Shown: in pieces, positions 1-13,480 of the stretch | How the letters are laid out: every line of letters starts with the position of its first letter | Position numbering within the stretch: the first letter of the stretch is position 1 | NCBI RefSeq assembly: GCF_018350175.1 | Contig: NC_058368.1 | Span: forward strand, 55,864,001-55,928,000 | Reading direction: 5' to 3' | Source: Felis catus | Lineage: Eukaryota | DNA length: 64,000 nt | Position numbers and translations under genes: made by a program | The notes under the pieces: model-generated | Seen by the model: the letters and a program-made list of their open reading frames with translations, nothing else | What the model was told of the DNA's origin: nothing | Database searches by the model: none

Positions 1-14
1 AAATGGATATAATA

Positions 15-239
15 GGGGCGCCTGGGTGGCGCAGTCGGTTAAGCGTCCGACTTCAGCCAGGTCACGATCTCGCGGTCCGTGAGTTCGAGCCCCGCGTCAG
101 GCTCTGGGCTGATGGCTCAGAGCCTGGAGCCTGTTTCCGATTCTGTGTCTCCCTCTCTCTCTGCCCCTCCCCCGTTCATGCTCTGTCTCTCTCTGTCCCA
201 AAAATAAATAAACATTGAAAAAAAAATTAAAAAAAAATA
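15..239 (+). mobile_element. Young felid CanSINE (SINEC_Fc-type)
   Basis: GGGGCGCCTGGGTGGCGCAGTCGGTTAAGCG tRNA-like head, GAGTTCGAGCCC B-box, (CT)n tract, AATAAA and A tail; perfect TSD AAATGGATATAATA at 1-14 and 240-253; CpGs intact. Confidence 0.97.
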
Positions 240-1029
240 AAATGGATATAATATCTGCACCTTTGCCTGAAATCCAGAGATTATGTTACAAATACCAAAT
301 TTGTAAATATTTGAAATTGTGAAGTTATATTCGTTTTTCAGTTGAGGTAATTTCACTTGTGTTGAATCATCATTGAACTAATATTGCTTAATGTCATTCA
401 GAACATTGGTGAATGAGCTAGGTCTCAAGGTGGAAGAGCAGTCTAAATAAAAGTTAAATTTAAATATTTGACATATCTATAAACTTCCTTTTGGTTATGA
501 AACTGTCATTTATTTTTCTCTATATTGTTCTGTATTCTAAGCTTCACCAGCAATTTTTAGCCACCCTCTCCACCCCCCAAAGTATTTCAGCTATTTATTT
601 CATTATTTCATCTCTGGTAACCCTTGCCTTCACCACTTCAATTTCAATCAGATCAAACTACTTATTATTTTTTTAATATGTTCCCTCAAAGGAATTCTAT
701 TGCCAGATGTTTCACGTAAACAAGATAATTTGAGACCATTGGAGGTGGACTAGTGAATGCTAATTTATCTGCTCTTTATCATTGCTTAGTTTACTGGAAA
801 GGAAGTATGAGTGAGCATTAAAAAATAAAATGTTAAATATGTTTTTAAAATAAATTTTTAAGTATTAATCTACTATTTAAATAAAAATGCAAACTGGAAT
901 AAATTACTGCGGAGAAAAGTAGAACAACCAACTAAAGGTGTTGAATGCAGAGAGATCCAGGAAAGGGATAAACTAAGAAAATGACAGAAAAACATAGCAA
1001 ATGATAATAATAATAATAATAAGGTCACA

Positions 1030-1464
1030 GAAGTGTTTTGGATATCCTCAGGGTACTCCTCTATATTCACTGTCTTTCTCCATCCTTCGCCTTGTCTGTG
1101 AGCACAAGGAACCTGACCTTTGCTTCAGGTTTCTTATACTCTAGTTCCAAGTGTGTAGAAAGGAGGGGAAGGAGAAAAATGGGGTTCAGATAATTATTGT
1201 CCTGGCTAAATACCTGCAATATTGCCATGGTCAGGCAGTTTCTCTCCTGTCAAAAGGCCCTCTCCCCACAAACGTTTACTTCAGTTAAGTCCAGAATAGT
1301 GGAGCACCTCACTTGTTACTAGTTCCAGGATAATGAACTATCACTTGCCACTTCTCCACATTCTACCATATCTTTGAAATAAGTGCTCTTACAATCATTA
1401 AACTTTCCTCAAGTACTCAGTTTGAAGGTACCACCTCTTTCATGTGGGCATCCTGTCTAAGGCA
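1030..1464 (+). mobile_element. Old ERVL-type solo LTR (LTR33-like)
   Basis: 3' end CATTAAACTTTCCTCAAGTACTCAGTTTGAAGGTACCACCTCTTT...CCTGTCTAAGGCA resembles the LTR33 R/U5 consensus as recalled; boundaries approximate. Confidence 0.5.
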
Positions 1465-1893
1465 GTAGGTGAATAATCAGTCATATCAAGTAGGCAAATT
1501 CACAAGTCAAACCCATGTTTGGTTAAGTGAAGATATTCAGTGTTTTATTCCATAGCTATCACTGGAAAAAAATTATACTCAAAGATTGCCTATAAATTGG
1601 TGAATAAAATATGTCAGAAAAAATGAAAAGAAAATATTAAAATGTGTAAATCATCAAAATGAAATATCAGGTCAAAATTTTCTACATATTTGGGGGAATG
1701 GAATAAGCAACATCAGATATATGGTTGACATCATTAGATGACATGTGGTTGGGTCCAGGGTAGGGTTGCTATATTTAACAAATACAAATGCTTACACACA
1801 ATTAAATTTAAATTCTAGATACAACAAATGGTTTTTTAGTAAAATATGTTCCATCAAATGTTACTGCTTACCTGAAATTCTTGGGTACTTGGG

Positions 1894-2480
1894 TGTCTTA
1901 GTCTGTTAGGCTACTGTAACAAAATACCATAGACTGAGTGGCTTAAACAACAAACATTTATTTCTCACAGTTCCAAAACCTGGCAAGTGCAAAATCAAGG
2001 CACTTTGCAGATTCATTATGAGTTGAAGTCGCGTTTCCTGGTTCACAGATGGCATTCTCTTAGCTATTTCCTTACATGGCATAAGGGGCAAGAGAGTTCT
2101 CTGGGGTCTCATTTATAAGTGCACTGATTTCGTTCTTGAAGGCTCCACACCCATGACTTAATAATCTCACTAAAACCCCACTTCTAAATACCATCACACA
2201 TTGGAGTGTCTGGGTAGCTCAGTCATTTAAGCGTCAGACTTTGGCTCAGGTCATGATCTCACGGTCCGGTCCATGGGTTTGAGCCCCACATCGGGCTCTG
2301 TCCTGACAGCTCAGAGCCTGGGGCCTGCTTTAGATTCTGTGTCTCCCTCTTTCTCTCTCTCTGCTCCTCCCCCTCTCACACTCTGTCTCTCTTTCAAAAA
2401 TGAATAAACATTAAAAATTTAAATAAAGAAATACCATCACATTGGAGAGTCAACATACATCTTTTCAGGGGACACAAATA
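1894..2480 (-). mobile_element. MaLR solo LTR (MLT1 family)
   Basis: TGTCTTAGTCTG...CTGTAACAAAATACCATAGACTGAGTGGCTTAAACAACAAACATTTATTTCTCACAGTTC and GGGGACACAAAT end are MLT1 hallmarks. Confidence 0.85.
2203..2428 (+). mobile_element. CanSINE inserted in MLT1
   Basis: SINE head, body and tail; TSD AAATACCATCA(CA)CATT at 2186-2202 and 2429-2443. Confidence 0.95.
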
Positions 2481-2679
2481 TGGACATTCTATATTTTAAC
2501 TGGCAACCCCAGCAGGAGATACAATATATGTGTACTACTGACCTCATATCTTATGAATATTCATTAAAATGTCCACAATGGAAAACAGGTACTTCATAAT
2601 TGCAAGGGATTGCCAACAACCCAGTAGAGATCAGTCAGTCTGTTTACTAATTCTCTTTAATGTGCTGTTGTACAAATAT

Positions 2680-2905
2680 GGGGTGCCTGTATGGCTCATT
2701 CAGTTAAGCATCTGACTCTTGATTTTGGCTCAGGTCGTGATTTAGCGAGTTCCTGGGATAGAGCCCTGCATCATTCCAAGTCCCTGCTTGGGATTCTTTC
2801 TCTCTCTCTGTCTTTCCCTCTCCGCCTTCCTCTCTCTCTCCCCTCACTCATGCTTTCAAGCACTCTCTCTCCTTCTCTCTCAAAATAAAAAAAATAAACT
2901 TAAAA
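2680..2905 (+). mobile_element. Older CanSINE
   Basis: GGGGTGCCTG...GGCTCA head, CTCTTGATTTTGGCTCAGGTC body, CT tract, A tail; short flanking repeat AAATATGG. Confidence 0.92.
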
Positions 2906-5900
2906 AATATGGCCCTGGCTTTAGGATGGAGACTTTACATTGGGTCAATGATGATTTGACCTCACTAAAGTTCAGCAGACTGTATAAATCAAACTTGCTC
3001 AGATTCACCCAATAAGATATAAGTTCTCAAATGAACACACTAGTTAACTAGAGACAGATTGATTCCAGAATGATGGAAGCAGTTATTGACCTCACTGAAA
3101 TAGGAGATTTTCATTTTCTTCAGCTATTTGTAATAGTTCTTCCAATGCCAGCCCCCATAGACTTACTAAGTCTTACATAATGATATACATTATTGCTTTT
3201 TAATACCTTACTTTACAGAGTAGACATGAAAGCAATGGGCTACTTTGTAAGAATTTTGCATCTTTCTATACACACCAACATGAAAAACAATTAGTGTTAA
3301 AGTTAGTTGGATGCATTATTGAAAGTTAATTTATGATGAAAGTATTAGATAGTATCTTACAAACTTGGGGTGTTTTCCTGTCCAATTTCATGTTTTCTGT
3401 ACCATGAATGAGAATGTAAAATGTCTCCAATAGCATAATATACAGCTAATATTTTTGTTGTTGTTGTTCAAATTCAGTTAGGCTCCCTTCACTTTATGAA
3501 GACCTAAAACAATGGATTCTTTCTATTAGCTACTAAGGGAGTGAGTTAAAATATTGGAGACAAAATTTGTTAAAAGTCTCTTTTACTTGGCATCTCTTTA
3601 GTAATATTAAGATAGTATTAGTTGTCTTTTAAACATATGTTACTGTTATGATTTTATTTCCTTTCTTGGTGAAGCATTACTCTCCACAAACTGTGGAGAG
3701 TAAAATCTCTCTGTAATCTCTCTTTGAGCCCTTTGTCTTGAAAGAAAAAGATATAAATGGTGGTTATCTCATCCTAACTTCTCATACAGTTGAACTGCCT
3801 CCATCTTAAATAATCAAAATAAGGTGATAGTATCAAGTTACATTTTTCCTTTTATATTTGAGGCATCAAGTAGAGGCTTCCTCTGTTGTCTCATAGAAAT
3901 ATATATAAAAAAAGAATGTCTCCATCTTTTATACCTAAAGCCATCACAGAGAAAATTATGTATATTTTTCTCTTATTTGAGGCATGAGAAATAGCTTTCT
4001 TCTATTTTCTCACACAAATATGTACACATTAAAGAACCACGTGTTAATGTAAGCAAAGTAAATACTAATACTTTCTCTCACATTAATTCACTTTTTACAA
4101 CTTATTTAAATTATCTTGTGGTTGTGTGAAAGCATAAATCCTCACATAAAATATTCTCTTATGTTCAAAAACATCATAAGTCAATTGAGCTGATAAGCCA
4201 TAGGATTTTTCAGCAGGATTGCCCATGAATCTCCTAGAGCAGCTAATTTAAAAAAATAAAGGGGTGGAATTTAAGATACTACTTATAATAAACTGAATTA
4301 CAACTTAAGGGAGAGAATGTTTCTTCCTTGTGATTCTGGGTTCTGCTGAATTTAAGGGTTTAGCTACCACCACTTGTTTATAAACTAGAATGATTAGTGT
4401 TATCTGGGGATCCTTGTGCAAATGAACAAAGTCAGCGATAACTTACTGTGTTACTAGGGTGATTGATCTTGACTATAGAGGGAAAATAAGGTCACTGTGG
4501 GACAAAAGTGTACAGGGAACCAAGGGTTCCCTGTATATATGGAACCTGAGGGTTTTCTGTAGGACTTCTGGAATTCGTTCACAAGGTTTAAAATGATAAA
4601 GCTTTGCTAGAGTTCTGTCCACGCATCACAACAAACAAAAAACACTTCTCTGTTCCTTTGGGACTAAGATTTGAGTCACACTTTTGAGGCAACTCATTTA
4701 TAGCAAGGAATGCACAGAATGGATGGGAGAGAAAGATAATCATAAATGTCAATAATGCCCTTGTGATTATTTCAGAAATAGCAATATTGAGATATTAAAT
4801 TATATTCCATTCTTTTTTGCCATATATATTTTAAAATCTCAACTTATTTTTCCTTTATTCTTCCATTTCCTGCCATTATGCATAAAATAGCTGAAAAATT
4901 ACAACTTATTTCAAGTATTGTGAAGTATATTTATGGGCAAAATATAAAGAAGAGAAGGAATGGACATCAGATCCAGTTATCTGAAACATGCAACTAGATG
5001 ATGGCTTACCTGATGTTGGAACTGGTGTTGCAGCATCTTTTTAGAGTTGGTTATATTTTGGAACTTTTTATGAGGGAACTTACTTAAGTGGAAGGGATCA
5101 CTTAAAGATGTATCAGAATTGGATAGAAAGATATGTGTGTGTTTGTGTACACTGAAAGGGAAAAAAAAATCTGGACCACGGGATATTTGAAGTTATTTAT
5201 TTTTTTTTTAATTTTCCTAAGGCCATACAAATTTCCACTTGAGAAACTACTTTTTTTACCAGAGTGTATTCTTGTTAACAGTACAACCAAGTTTTTCTCT
5301 TTTTCTCTCTTCAAATGAGATGCCCATGACTGAAGCTAAGATAATCACTCTATCTTTTATAAGGTGCTGAACCTCAAACTAGAGTGATGGAAAGAAAAGG
5401 AAATGGAGTGTAAATTGTTATTGCAGACTGCATTGTCGTAAATTGCCTTAACTCCTCCAATGTTCTTGTTTTGCTTCCAAGTCTTATTCTCTGCTCTCTC
5501 TACTTTTACCATCTATGGTTTACCTTCAGCATATTTATTTTTTATTTAAATTCCTTGGATGCAAATTCTGGTTTCTCTAACCAAATAAGGAAAACTGATG
5601 TAACCATAGTAAGGAGACCATAATCCATTCCTAATTTATCATAAGATCATTGTTTTGACAAGAATCAGTGTTGAAAGCCATTCAATTCCTTTTTTCATCT
5701 ATGAAAGGGCATAGTATAATTTGTTACCTTTACATGTTAATATAGTGAATTTTATTAATATTGTGAAAGCTATTCTTGAAACGATTTCCATTCTGAGGAA
5801 GTGTTAATATGGTAATAATTTAGTAGTTAGGCATTTAACATTGAACTCTGAGTAAGTTCTTTTTCTTTTTCTTTTTAGTACTGTTAATTTTATAAGAATT

Positions 5901-5989
5901 TAATAAGAATGTTTCCCAATTTTATGTATATATGTATCTCTCTATTGTATCTATATGATCTTGAATTGATTATCATTGAAATTGACTAT

Positions 5990-7505
5990 TCTGACACTAT
6001 ATAGTCAACAGATCTTCAGCAAAGCAGGAAATAATATCCAATGTTGTTGGGAAAACTGGACAGAAGCATTCAAAAGGATGAAACTGGACCATTTTCTTAT
6101 ACCATGCACAAAAATAAATTTGAAGTGGATGAAAAACCTTGGGGTAGCTGGGTGGCTCAGTCAGTTAAGCGTCTAACTTTTGATTTTGGCTCAGCTCATG
6201 ATCTCACGGTTTGTGAGTTTGAGCTCCACATCAGGTTCAGCACTGACAGCACACAGCCTGCTTGGGATTCTGTTTTTCCTTCTCTCTCTGCCTCTCCCTA
6301 TCTCTCCCCAAAATAAGCAAATAAACATTTTAAAAAATGGATCAAAGACCTAAATGTGGGACAGGAAACCATCAAAATCCTAGAGGAGAACACAGGCAGA
6401 AAACTCTTTGACCTTGGCTGGAGCAACTAGGCACAGCTCCAGAGGCAAGGGAAACAAAGGCAAAAAATGAATTTGGGGACTTTTTCTAAGCAAAAAGTTT
6501 CTTCACAGGGAAGGAAACAATTAAAACTAAAAGGCAGCCTATGAAATGGGAGAAGAGATTTGCAAAAAGGGTTAGTATCCAAAATCTATAAAGGACTTAG
6601 CAAACTCAGCATCCAGAAAATAAATAATCCAGTTAAGAAACAGGCAGAAGACACAAATAGACCCTTCTCCAAAGACGTCCATATGGCTAACAGACACAGG
6701 AAAAGATGCTTAAATCAGTCATCACCAGGGAAATACAAATCAAAACCACAATGAAATACCACCTCATACCTGCCAGAAGGGCTAAAATTAACAACACAAG
6801 AGACAACACGTGTTGGTGAGGATGCAGAAAAAAGGGAACCCTCTTACACTGTTGGTAGGTATGCCAACTGCTGTAGCCAATCTGGAAAACAGAATGGAGG
6901 TTCCTCAAGAAGTTAAAAATAAAACTACCCTGCTACCTAGCAATTGCACTTCTAGACAGTTACCCAAAGGATACAAAAATAGTATTTCAAAAGGACCCAG
7001 GCACTTGGATGTTTATAGGAGCATTACCAACAGTAGCCAAACTATGGAAAGAGCCCTAATGTCCACCTACTGATGAGTGGTTATAGATATACCAATATCT
7101 ATATCTATATATCTATATCTATGTCTATGTCTATATCTAATCTATATCTATATATCTATATAATGGATTATTATTCAGCCATCAAAAAGAATGAAATCTT
7201 GCCATTTCCAACAACATGGATGGAGCTAGAATGTACTATGCTAAGTGAAATAAGTCAGTCAAAGACAAATACCATATGATTTCACTCATACGTGAAATTT
7301 AAGAAACAAAACAGGTGAACATATGGGAGGGGGAACAAAAGGGAAAGAGGGAAACAACCCACCAGAGACTTTGCTATAGAGAGCAAACTGAAGGTTGATG
7401 GAGAGAGGTAAGTGGGGGATGGGCTAGATGGATGATGGGTATTAAGGAGGGCACTTGTTATGAGGAGCACTTGGGTGTTGTACGTAGGTGACGAATCACT
7501 GAATT
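5990..7505 (+). mobile_element. Carnivore LINE-1 fragment (ORF2 C-terminus and 3'UTR), no poly(A)
   Basis: Peptides [23 protein letters not shown] and YYSAIKKNEILPF.TTWMELE..MLSEISQS; stops at GAATCACTGAATT short of the tail. Confidence 0.93.
6141..6334 (+). mobile_element. CanSINE inserted in L1
   Basis: SINE structure; diverged TSD AAGTGGATGAAAAACCT (6123-6139) and AAATGGATCAAAGACCT (6335-6351). Confidence 0.93.
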
Positions 7506-8620
7506 ATCAGATCTTGCACATTGTTTTTCAATTAGTGTCTGTAACATATTAATCATAGTTATTTCAACTTCGGTTCATTGCAAATCTATGTCTTATTGAA
7601 ATCTAGTTCTTTTGTTTCCCCCTCTTTTAGATTGGGTTTCATATTATCTTTTCATGCATCTCATAATATTTTCTTGAAAGCTAGATATGTTAATAGGGAA
7701 TACATAATGATCCAAGTATTTTGAATGTTTGAACATCCTTCCTTTCCTTCTGCCAGGCGTGGGGTGGATTTGGGTTAATCTAGTTACAATTTGGGCTGGC
7801 TTTGAAGTTTGTTGTTGTCGGGTTTACCCTCAGTGTGTCACAGAATTAAATTCCTCTAGGGATACCTAGTGTTCAATTTGTAGGCTAGTTTGTCAGAGTT
7901 TGTTTTTTTCCAGTGTCTGCTCACTGAGAAAATTTCTCTCTTTCCACTTTCTTAGCAATGCTGCACTGTTATTTTAATTCCATTTGACATGGTGGTGGGA
8001 CCTGAGGAAGGAAACTGTGTGTTATCTGTTATGCTAATAAGCTTCTGCTGGTGTTAGCACATGGAACCTGGGTGTTATATTATGTGACTTTCCAAGTGTT
8101 CTTGCTTTCCAGCTTGCTGTAATGCTAATGCTAGCATATATTCCTACCCCTCTCCAAGGGTAGAAATTCTTTTTCTCCCCCTACTTGGAGTGGATTTCTA
8201 CCAGTACCTTAAGCAGTCTTTTTTTGTTTTGTTATTTCTTTGTCTTTTTTTTCTTCCTCTTGCTTTTGTAGATTAAAGTGTTTATTCCATTGTAGAGTTA
8301 GATGTGAGTCTATGTGGAACTTCAGCAGTGCCTATTGCTCCCTTTCCCCAGTCCTCACTAGGAAGGAAGCTTATTTGGGATCCTCTCTGGTCCTCCCTGT
8401 GAGCACCTAGTGGATGTCACGAAGGAAACATCTCCAGAGAGGGTGTAAACTTCTTTATATCTGCAGCTCTACAGGACACTTACTTGACCCTATCATCCCA
8501 TTTCTCTGATGGGTTATGGTTAAAGAAAAGTCATTCAAGTTTTTCCAGCATTTTGTAACTGCAGGAGCAACACTTTTTTTGCTATTCTCTTTATCTCCAA
8601 ACTGAAGCAAGGAATCCCAT
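7506..8620 (-). mobile_element. Ancient L1M 5' region remnant
   Basis: Colinear resemblance to 51450-53090, which lies 5' of an old L1 ORF1; highly diverged. Confidence 0.4.
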
Positions 8621-8639
8621 TGTAATTAAAATGTTTATT

Positions 8640-9780
8640 TCTCTTTTGAGTAGTTTTTTTTGTTTATTTGTCATGTGGTTCTTTTCTGTGTATTATCTAT
8701 TCATTGTGGTGTCCTTTTTAAAATCTAGGTTATCTATCTTCATTTTGACTGCAATAGTAACAATACCTTATATTTTTTTAATACAAACATTTCATTTCAT
8801 AATTATTCACGTCACTCCAGGTTTGCATTTTCACTCATTTAGTAGTGTGTTTTCTTTAGTTTTGTTTGTTTGTTTTATTCAGTTTTGTGGGGGGGGGGGG
8901 TTTGTGAACAAAGATATTAATTTTAATGAAGTCTGATGAAGCATTCTTCTTTGCTAAAGTTATTCCTCCTATTTAAAATAATTATGTCAAATTCCAACAT
9001 CCTGAAGAGTCTCCTCTTGTATATTAGAAACTTCACTGTATTTTAGAAACTTCATTGATTTACTCTTTGTTTTTGTTCATGATATATTCCAAATGGGCTT
9101 TCAGAATATGGTGTGAGAGATGATTTTAGGTTCATTTCTCCCCCCACATGAATATCCAATTTAATATGCTCTATTATATTTCAGTGTCTCCTTTGTCAAA
9201 GATAAGCAGACATAATTTGCATGTGTTTGTTTCTGATCTTTCTCTTCTATTTATTTTTGTGTATAATAGTTTTATACCAACAAACACTTTTAACTACTTC
9301 AAAAATACTTTGATATCTATAGTCAATATCATTCTATTTTTTTTTTATTGTCTTTCAGGATTTTTGCTTATTTAAAGAATATACTTCTGTTAATGTATCT
9401 TTTTATTTTTGGAATTTCTAGTTAATTTTTAACTGTATTCTCAAATTTGAGAATAAAATACTGTATATAAAGATAGGATACAATTCTCAAATTAAATATA
9501 AAGATAGAAATCTATCTTCCTATTGACTAAATTATTAAAAGTTATTAAAGTCTTTTTTTTCCTCTCACATTAGTAACAAGACCACTGTGATTCTTTTCAT
9601 GGTCTTTGTATTTTTTCTGTTTTTTTTTTGTCATTCCATCCTGTTTCTGAACATTAATGGTAATTTTGCATGATATTAAATATTTCATTTGGAAAAATTC
9701 TGGCTGATATGAATATGTTATCCTATTAAGAAAGGATTTAAATATAGACAGAGCACTTGAACAAACAATACTTATTTTCA
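8640..9780 (-). mobile_element. Ancient L1 (L1ME-like) ORF2/3' remnant
   Basis: T-rich antisense L1-like motifs (TTTTAATGAAGTC, TATGGTGTGAGA..., ATGAATATCCAATT). Confidence 0.45.
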
Positions 9781-10329
9781 AGTTAATCCTTTGTGAATCA
9801 GGAATAGGCTTGAGGTTTTATCTAATCCTTGTTTACCCTTACTTAGAATATGATTGTTTATAGATCTTAACTGTAGGTCTGAATTATTTTCCAGAATCCG
9901 AGTTTCTCATAGAACCTGAAACTTCCATATTGGTATTTACTTGCATTTCTTACCAAAATCTCTATATTTCTTTAAATTTCCTAGAAGCTTCTTTCTGCTG
10001 CTTGGTCTATGAGCATATCTGTAGTTTAGTAAAGGGAAAATGCCTTAAAGATGACTTGTGGATATAAATTTGGACTAACTTCTTGGTAGTTCCCTTTTCG
10101 TCTAGGATCTTATACTTGCATGTCATGGCTACTTTGTTAGCTTTGAAATCCAAATTCTGTCTGCCATAGTCAGTGAGATTCCCACAAGCTCTAGCGTCTT
10201 ATTTTCTACTTGGCATCTGAGTGTTATGCTTCCCAGTTACGAAGTGTCTAAAGGAGAAGAAGAATAATCAATGTTGAGTCATCTTATTGTGTTTACCTTT
10301 GCCCCAGGATCTCTGTATTTTTTCTAAGG

Positions 10330-10680
10330 TTATTTGCATCTGATATTTCCTCCACTTGGGACCTTCTTCTCCTAATTGTGAATATATCTTCATCCAGTCT
10401 CAACTCAAATGCTATCTCTTTAGAAATAATTTATCAGATAACTGAGACAATAATATTTATTACTTACAGCCACTTCATCATTGTTCCATTTTTATCATAA
10501 AATTTATCACTAACTGAAGTAATTCTTTTGGTCGTATTTATTTGTTTACATGTTCGTCGGTTTCTGACCATGTTAAAATAAACCAGAAGGCAGTCTTTGT
10601 CTTTTTCTCTATAATATTCTCGTTTCATGAAACACAACTGATACTGAGTACACATTTTTGTATGTTGAAAGAATGTACAA
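10330..10680 (+). mobile_element. L2 3' end remnant
   Basis: TCTCAACTCAAATGCTATCTCT and terminal TGTTGAAAGAATG resemble an L2 3' end. Confidence 0.55.
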
Positions 10681-11914
10681 AAGGAAGACCAAGCTTAATA
10701 TTAAAGTAGAAATTCAGTATTAATAATGTCCATAATTTCTAATATGTTGATATTCATTATAAATTCTTAACATAGAATCAATGGTATTTTTTATATAATA
10801 TGATATAATATAATATAATGCATATTTATGTTACAGGTCATTAGAAGATTTACTACTAGTGTTTTTACATAGAGTGGAATATGCATATGAAGAGAGAAAT
10901 TATCTTGTGTTGTCAAAATTTAGGTAAATAAATATATTATCCATATGATCTATTCATTTATATTAAATTTGCTTCAGATTCAAAGTGGATATCACTAAGG
11001 AAAGTTTCCCCAACTAAGTTTAATTTTATTCTCTTGAAAAAACAAATAAGCAAAAACTATTTTAATTGAAGCAACCCGAAACACCATAATAGCATTAAAT
11101 ATTTCATGTTTCAATTTATTTTGGTTATAATCTTAAAAAAAAGGGGCATGCTTTCAAACACTTGAAATTTATTTTGCATTGCTTAGATGTTTTCTTAGAT
11201 TCTTTATACTTGTCATGAAAAATGAGCATCATAAAACATCTGTGTACATAATAGAGTTTTAAAATAGTCATCTTAGATAAACTTCACCATCACAGTCATT
11301 CTCTATAAATATTTTTTAAAAATATGTGTTGATCAACTTTACAACTACTAAGAAACAAAGGCTGTGTATGCTCAAACACCAAATGATCCCAGTGTCTAGA
11401 TTTAAAGCAAAAACCAAACTTCTGGCAGAAGACAATAAAATAATTAAAAATATGCCTCCTGCTTTTGGAATATTTTTCATGCATCAGTAAAAATCTTTTC
11501 AGCAAAGTAATAGAATAAAACATAATTAGAAAATAGCAAGTCAATTACTCTTGGAAGTATTTCTGTTTATCATCATTAAAATGTTGCTAAGCCTAGAGAC
11601 AAATGGTATGTGAGTATGCATTTGTCAGATAAGAATTCTGAATAATTAGTGCTCTTAAGATTAGCATAAATAGCCCAAGGGAGTATTTGTACATAAAATA
11701 AGTCAAGAGAGAAAGGGTAAAAGAAGAAAGGAAATAAAATACCATTAGGCTAATCCATAGTAATTTAGAATACTTTTTCTACTTTTCTATTTATTTAAAA
11801 ATGAAAAAACTAAAACTACTCTTTTGTAGAGGGACACGTCCTTTCCTTATTCCACATAACAAAACTAACACATATTAATGAGGTTACATTCATATATGTA
11901 TACATATGTAATTT

Positions 11915-12323
11915 ATTTTTTTACATTTTTAATTTTTATTTAAATCTAAGTTAGTTAACATATAGTGTAATAATGATTTCAGGAGTAGAATTTAGTGATT
12001 CATCACTTACACAACCAGTACTTATCCCAAGTGCCCTCCTTAATGCCCGTCACCCATTTAGTCCATACCCCCCCAACACCCCTCCAGCAACCTTCACTTT
12101 ATTCTGTTTTTAAGAGTCTCTTACGGTTTGCCTCCCTCTCTGTTTTTACCTTATTTTTCCTTCCCTTGCCCTATGTTCATCTGTTTTGTTTCTTAAATTC
12201 CGCATATGAGTAAAATCATATATTTATCTTTCTCTGACTGATTTTGCTTAGCATAGTGCATTTTAGTGCCATCACATTGCTACAAATGGCAAGATTTCAT
12301 TCTTTTTGATCTTCAAGTAATAT
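11915..12323 (-). mobile_element. 5'-truncated carnivore LINE-1 3' end
   Basis: T-rich tail, antisense 3'UTR similar to 7250-7500 and 49072-49450; perfect 14-bp TSD TACATATGTAATTT at 11901-11914 and 12324-12337. Confidence 0.93.
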
Positions 12324-12796
12324 TACATATGTAATTTTGAACCAACTGATTATTTTTAAAAGAAAAATGATCATACCCATTCTAAACATTTTTATTTATT
12401 CACATAACACCATTAATACTATAAGCAAAATAAATTTTAATGGTATCAGAAAGCACCATCTTAATGACTAATCTGAAAAAGCACTATACTAAACCTATCA
12501 GTTCACTCCCATTCTTATTGTATGCATCTCTTTTTAGTAAGGAATAATTTCTACTCCTTTATTTTTCAATTCAGAGTACTTAGTTTAATTTTGTTGATCA
12601 ATGTCTATCTTGTTCCCCCACTGGCATAGAATTATATCTTTGGTCTTCCCTTTCCTAGATTTTTCCATTTTCTCTATTTGAATTTGTATTGTGTCTCATC
12701 CATTAAATTCTATTTCTTTATGAAGTTTGTTTAGCTACATTTTTGAAGATCATCTCACTTATTTTTTCCTATCCATGTGATACAGAACTATAACCC

Positions 12797-13270
12797 TGTG
12801 TAATTACAGTTCTAGTTGCAACTAACAGAAGATCTTTTGCCTGGTTGTAACAGAAAATAAAATTTATTAAAAGATGTTAGTTCACAAAAATTCCAGGAAA
12901 AAATTGCTCCAGGCTTAAAAGCTCAGAATACTCTCTGACCAAACCAAAGAGTCTCCCAGACATGTGCCTTTGTCACCACTACTCAGAACGAACACTAGAT
13001 AGCATGAAGAGTCTGCTAACTGGTCATTCCTAGGACCCTACAAAGAAAAATGACACTAGTTAAAAAAGAAAACTCTAAGCAACTACTTCTTAGTCTCATT
13101 TCCTCATTATTTAATTATCTTTTGAGTGATATTGCTTGTGGGAATTTAGTCACATCTCTGTGCCTTACTTAGCATTAAGGTAAAATTAGATCTAGATTTT
13201 AATGGGGGAAGTAGAACAAAAAATGAGAGAAATTTACATCTGCACAGTATTTTTAAATTGTTGGATAAAG
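12797..13270 (-). mobile_element. Very old MaLR LTR remnant (MLT1-like)
   Basis: GTTCTAGTTGCAACTAACAGAAG...AATTTATTAAAAGAT motif; right boundary uncertain. Confidence 0.4.
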
Positions 13271-13480
13271 ACAGTTGTGTCTGATGGTTACTAAAAGTCC
13301 TTCCAGATAAGTTTTGTTTCTTAAACAGCTTGTCGATCCTATTTATATAAAGGCTGTATCAGTGAAATAAATATAAGAGGGTATATTTTTTTCAAATCCT
13401 TCTTATAGTGGTTATATCCTTTATTAATTATCCATACTGAAAAACCAAAGCAGTCTGTAACTTGTGTCAAATAAAAACAT

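Larger units (their letters stand above)
1761..2511. mobile_element. MER53-like non-autonomous DNA transposon split by an MLT1 LTR
   Basis: Terminal inverted repeats TAGGGTTGCTA (1761) and TGGCAACCCCA (2501-2511); left arm 1761-1893, right arm 2481-2511. Confidence 0.7.
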
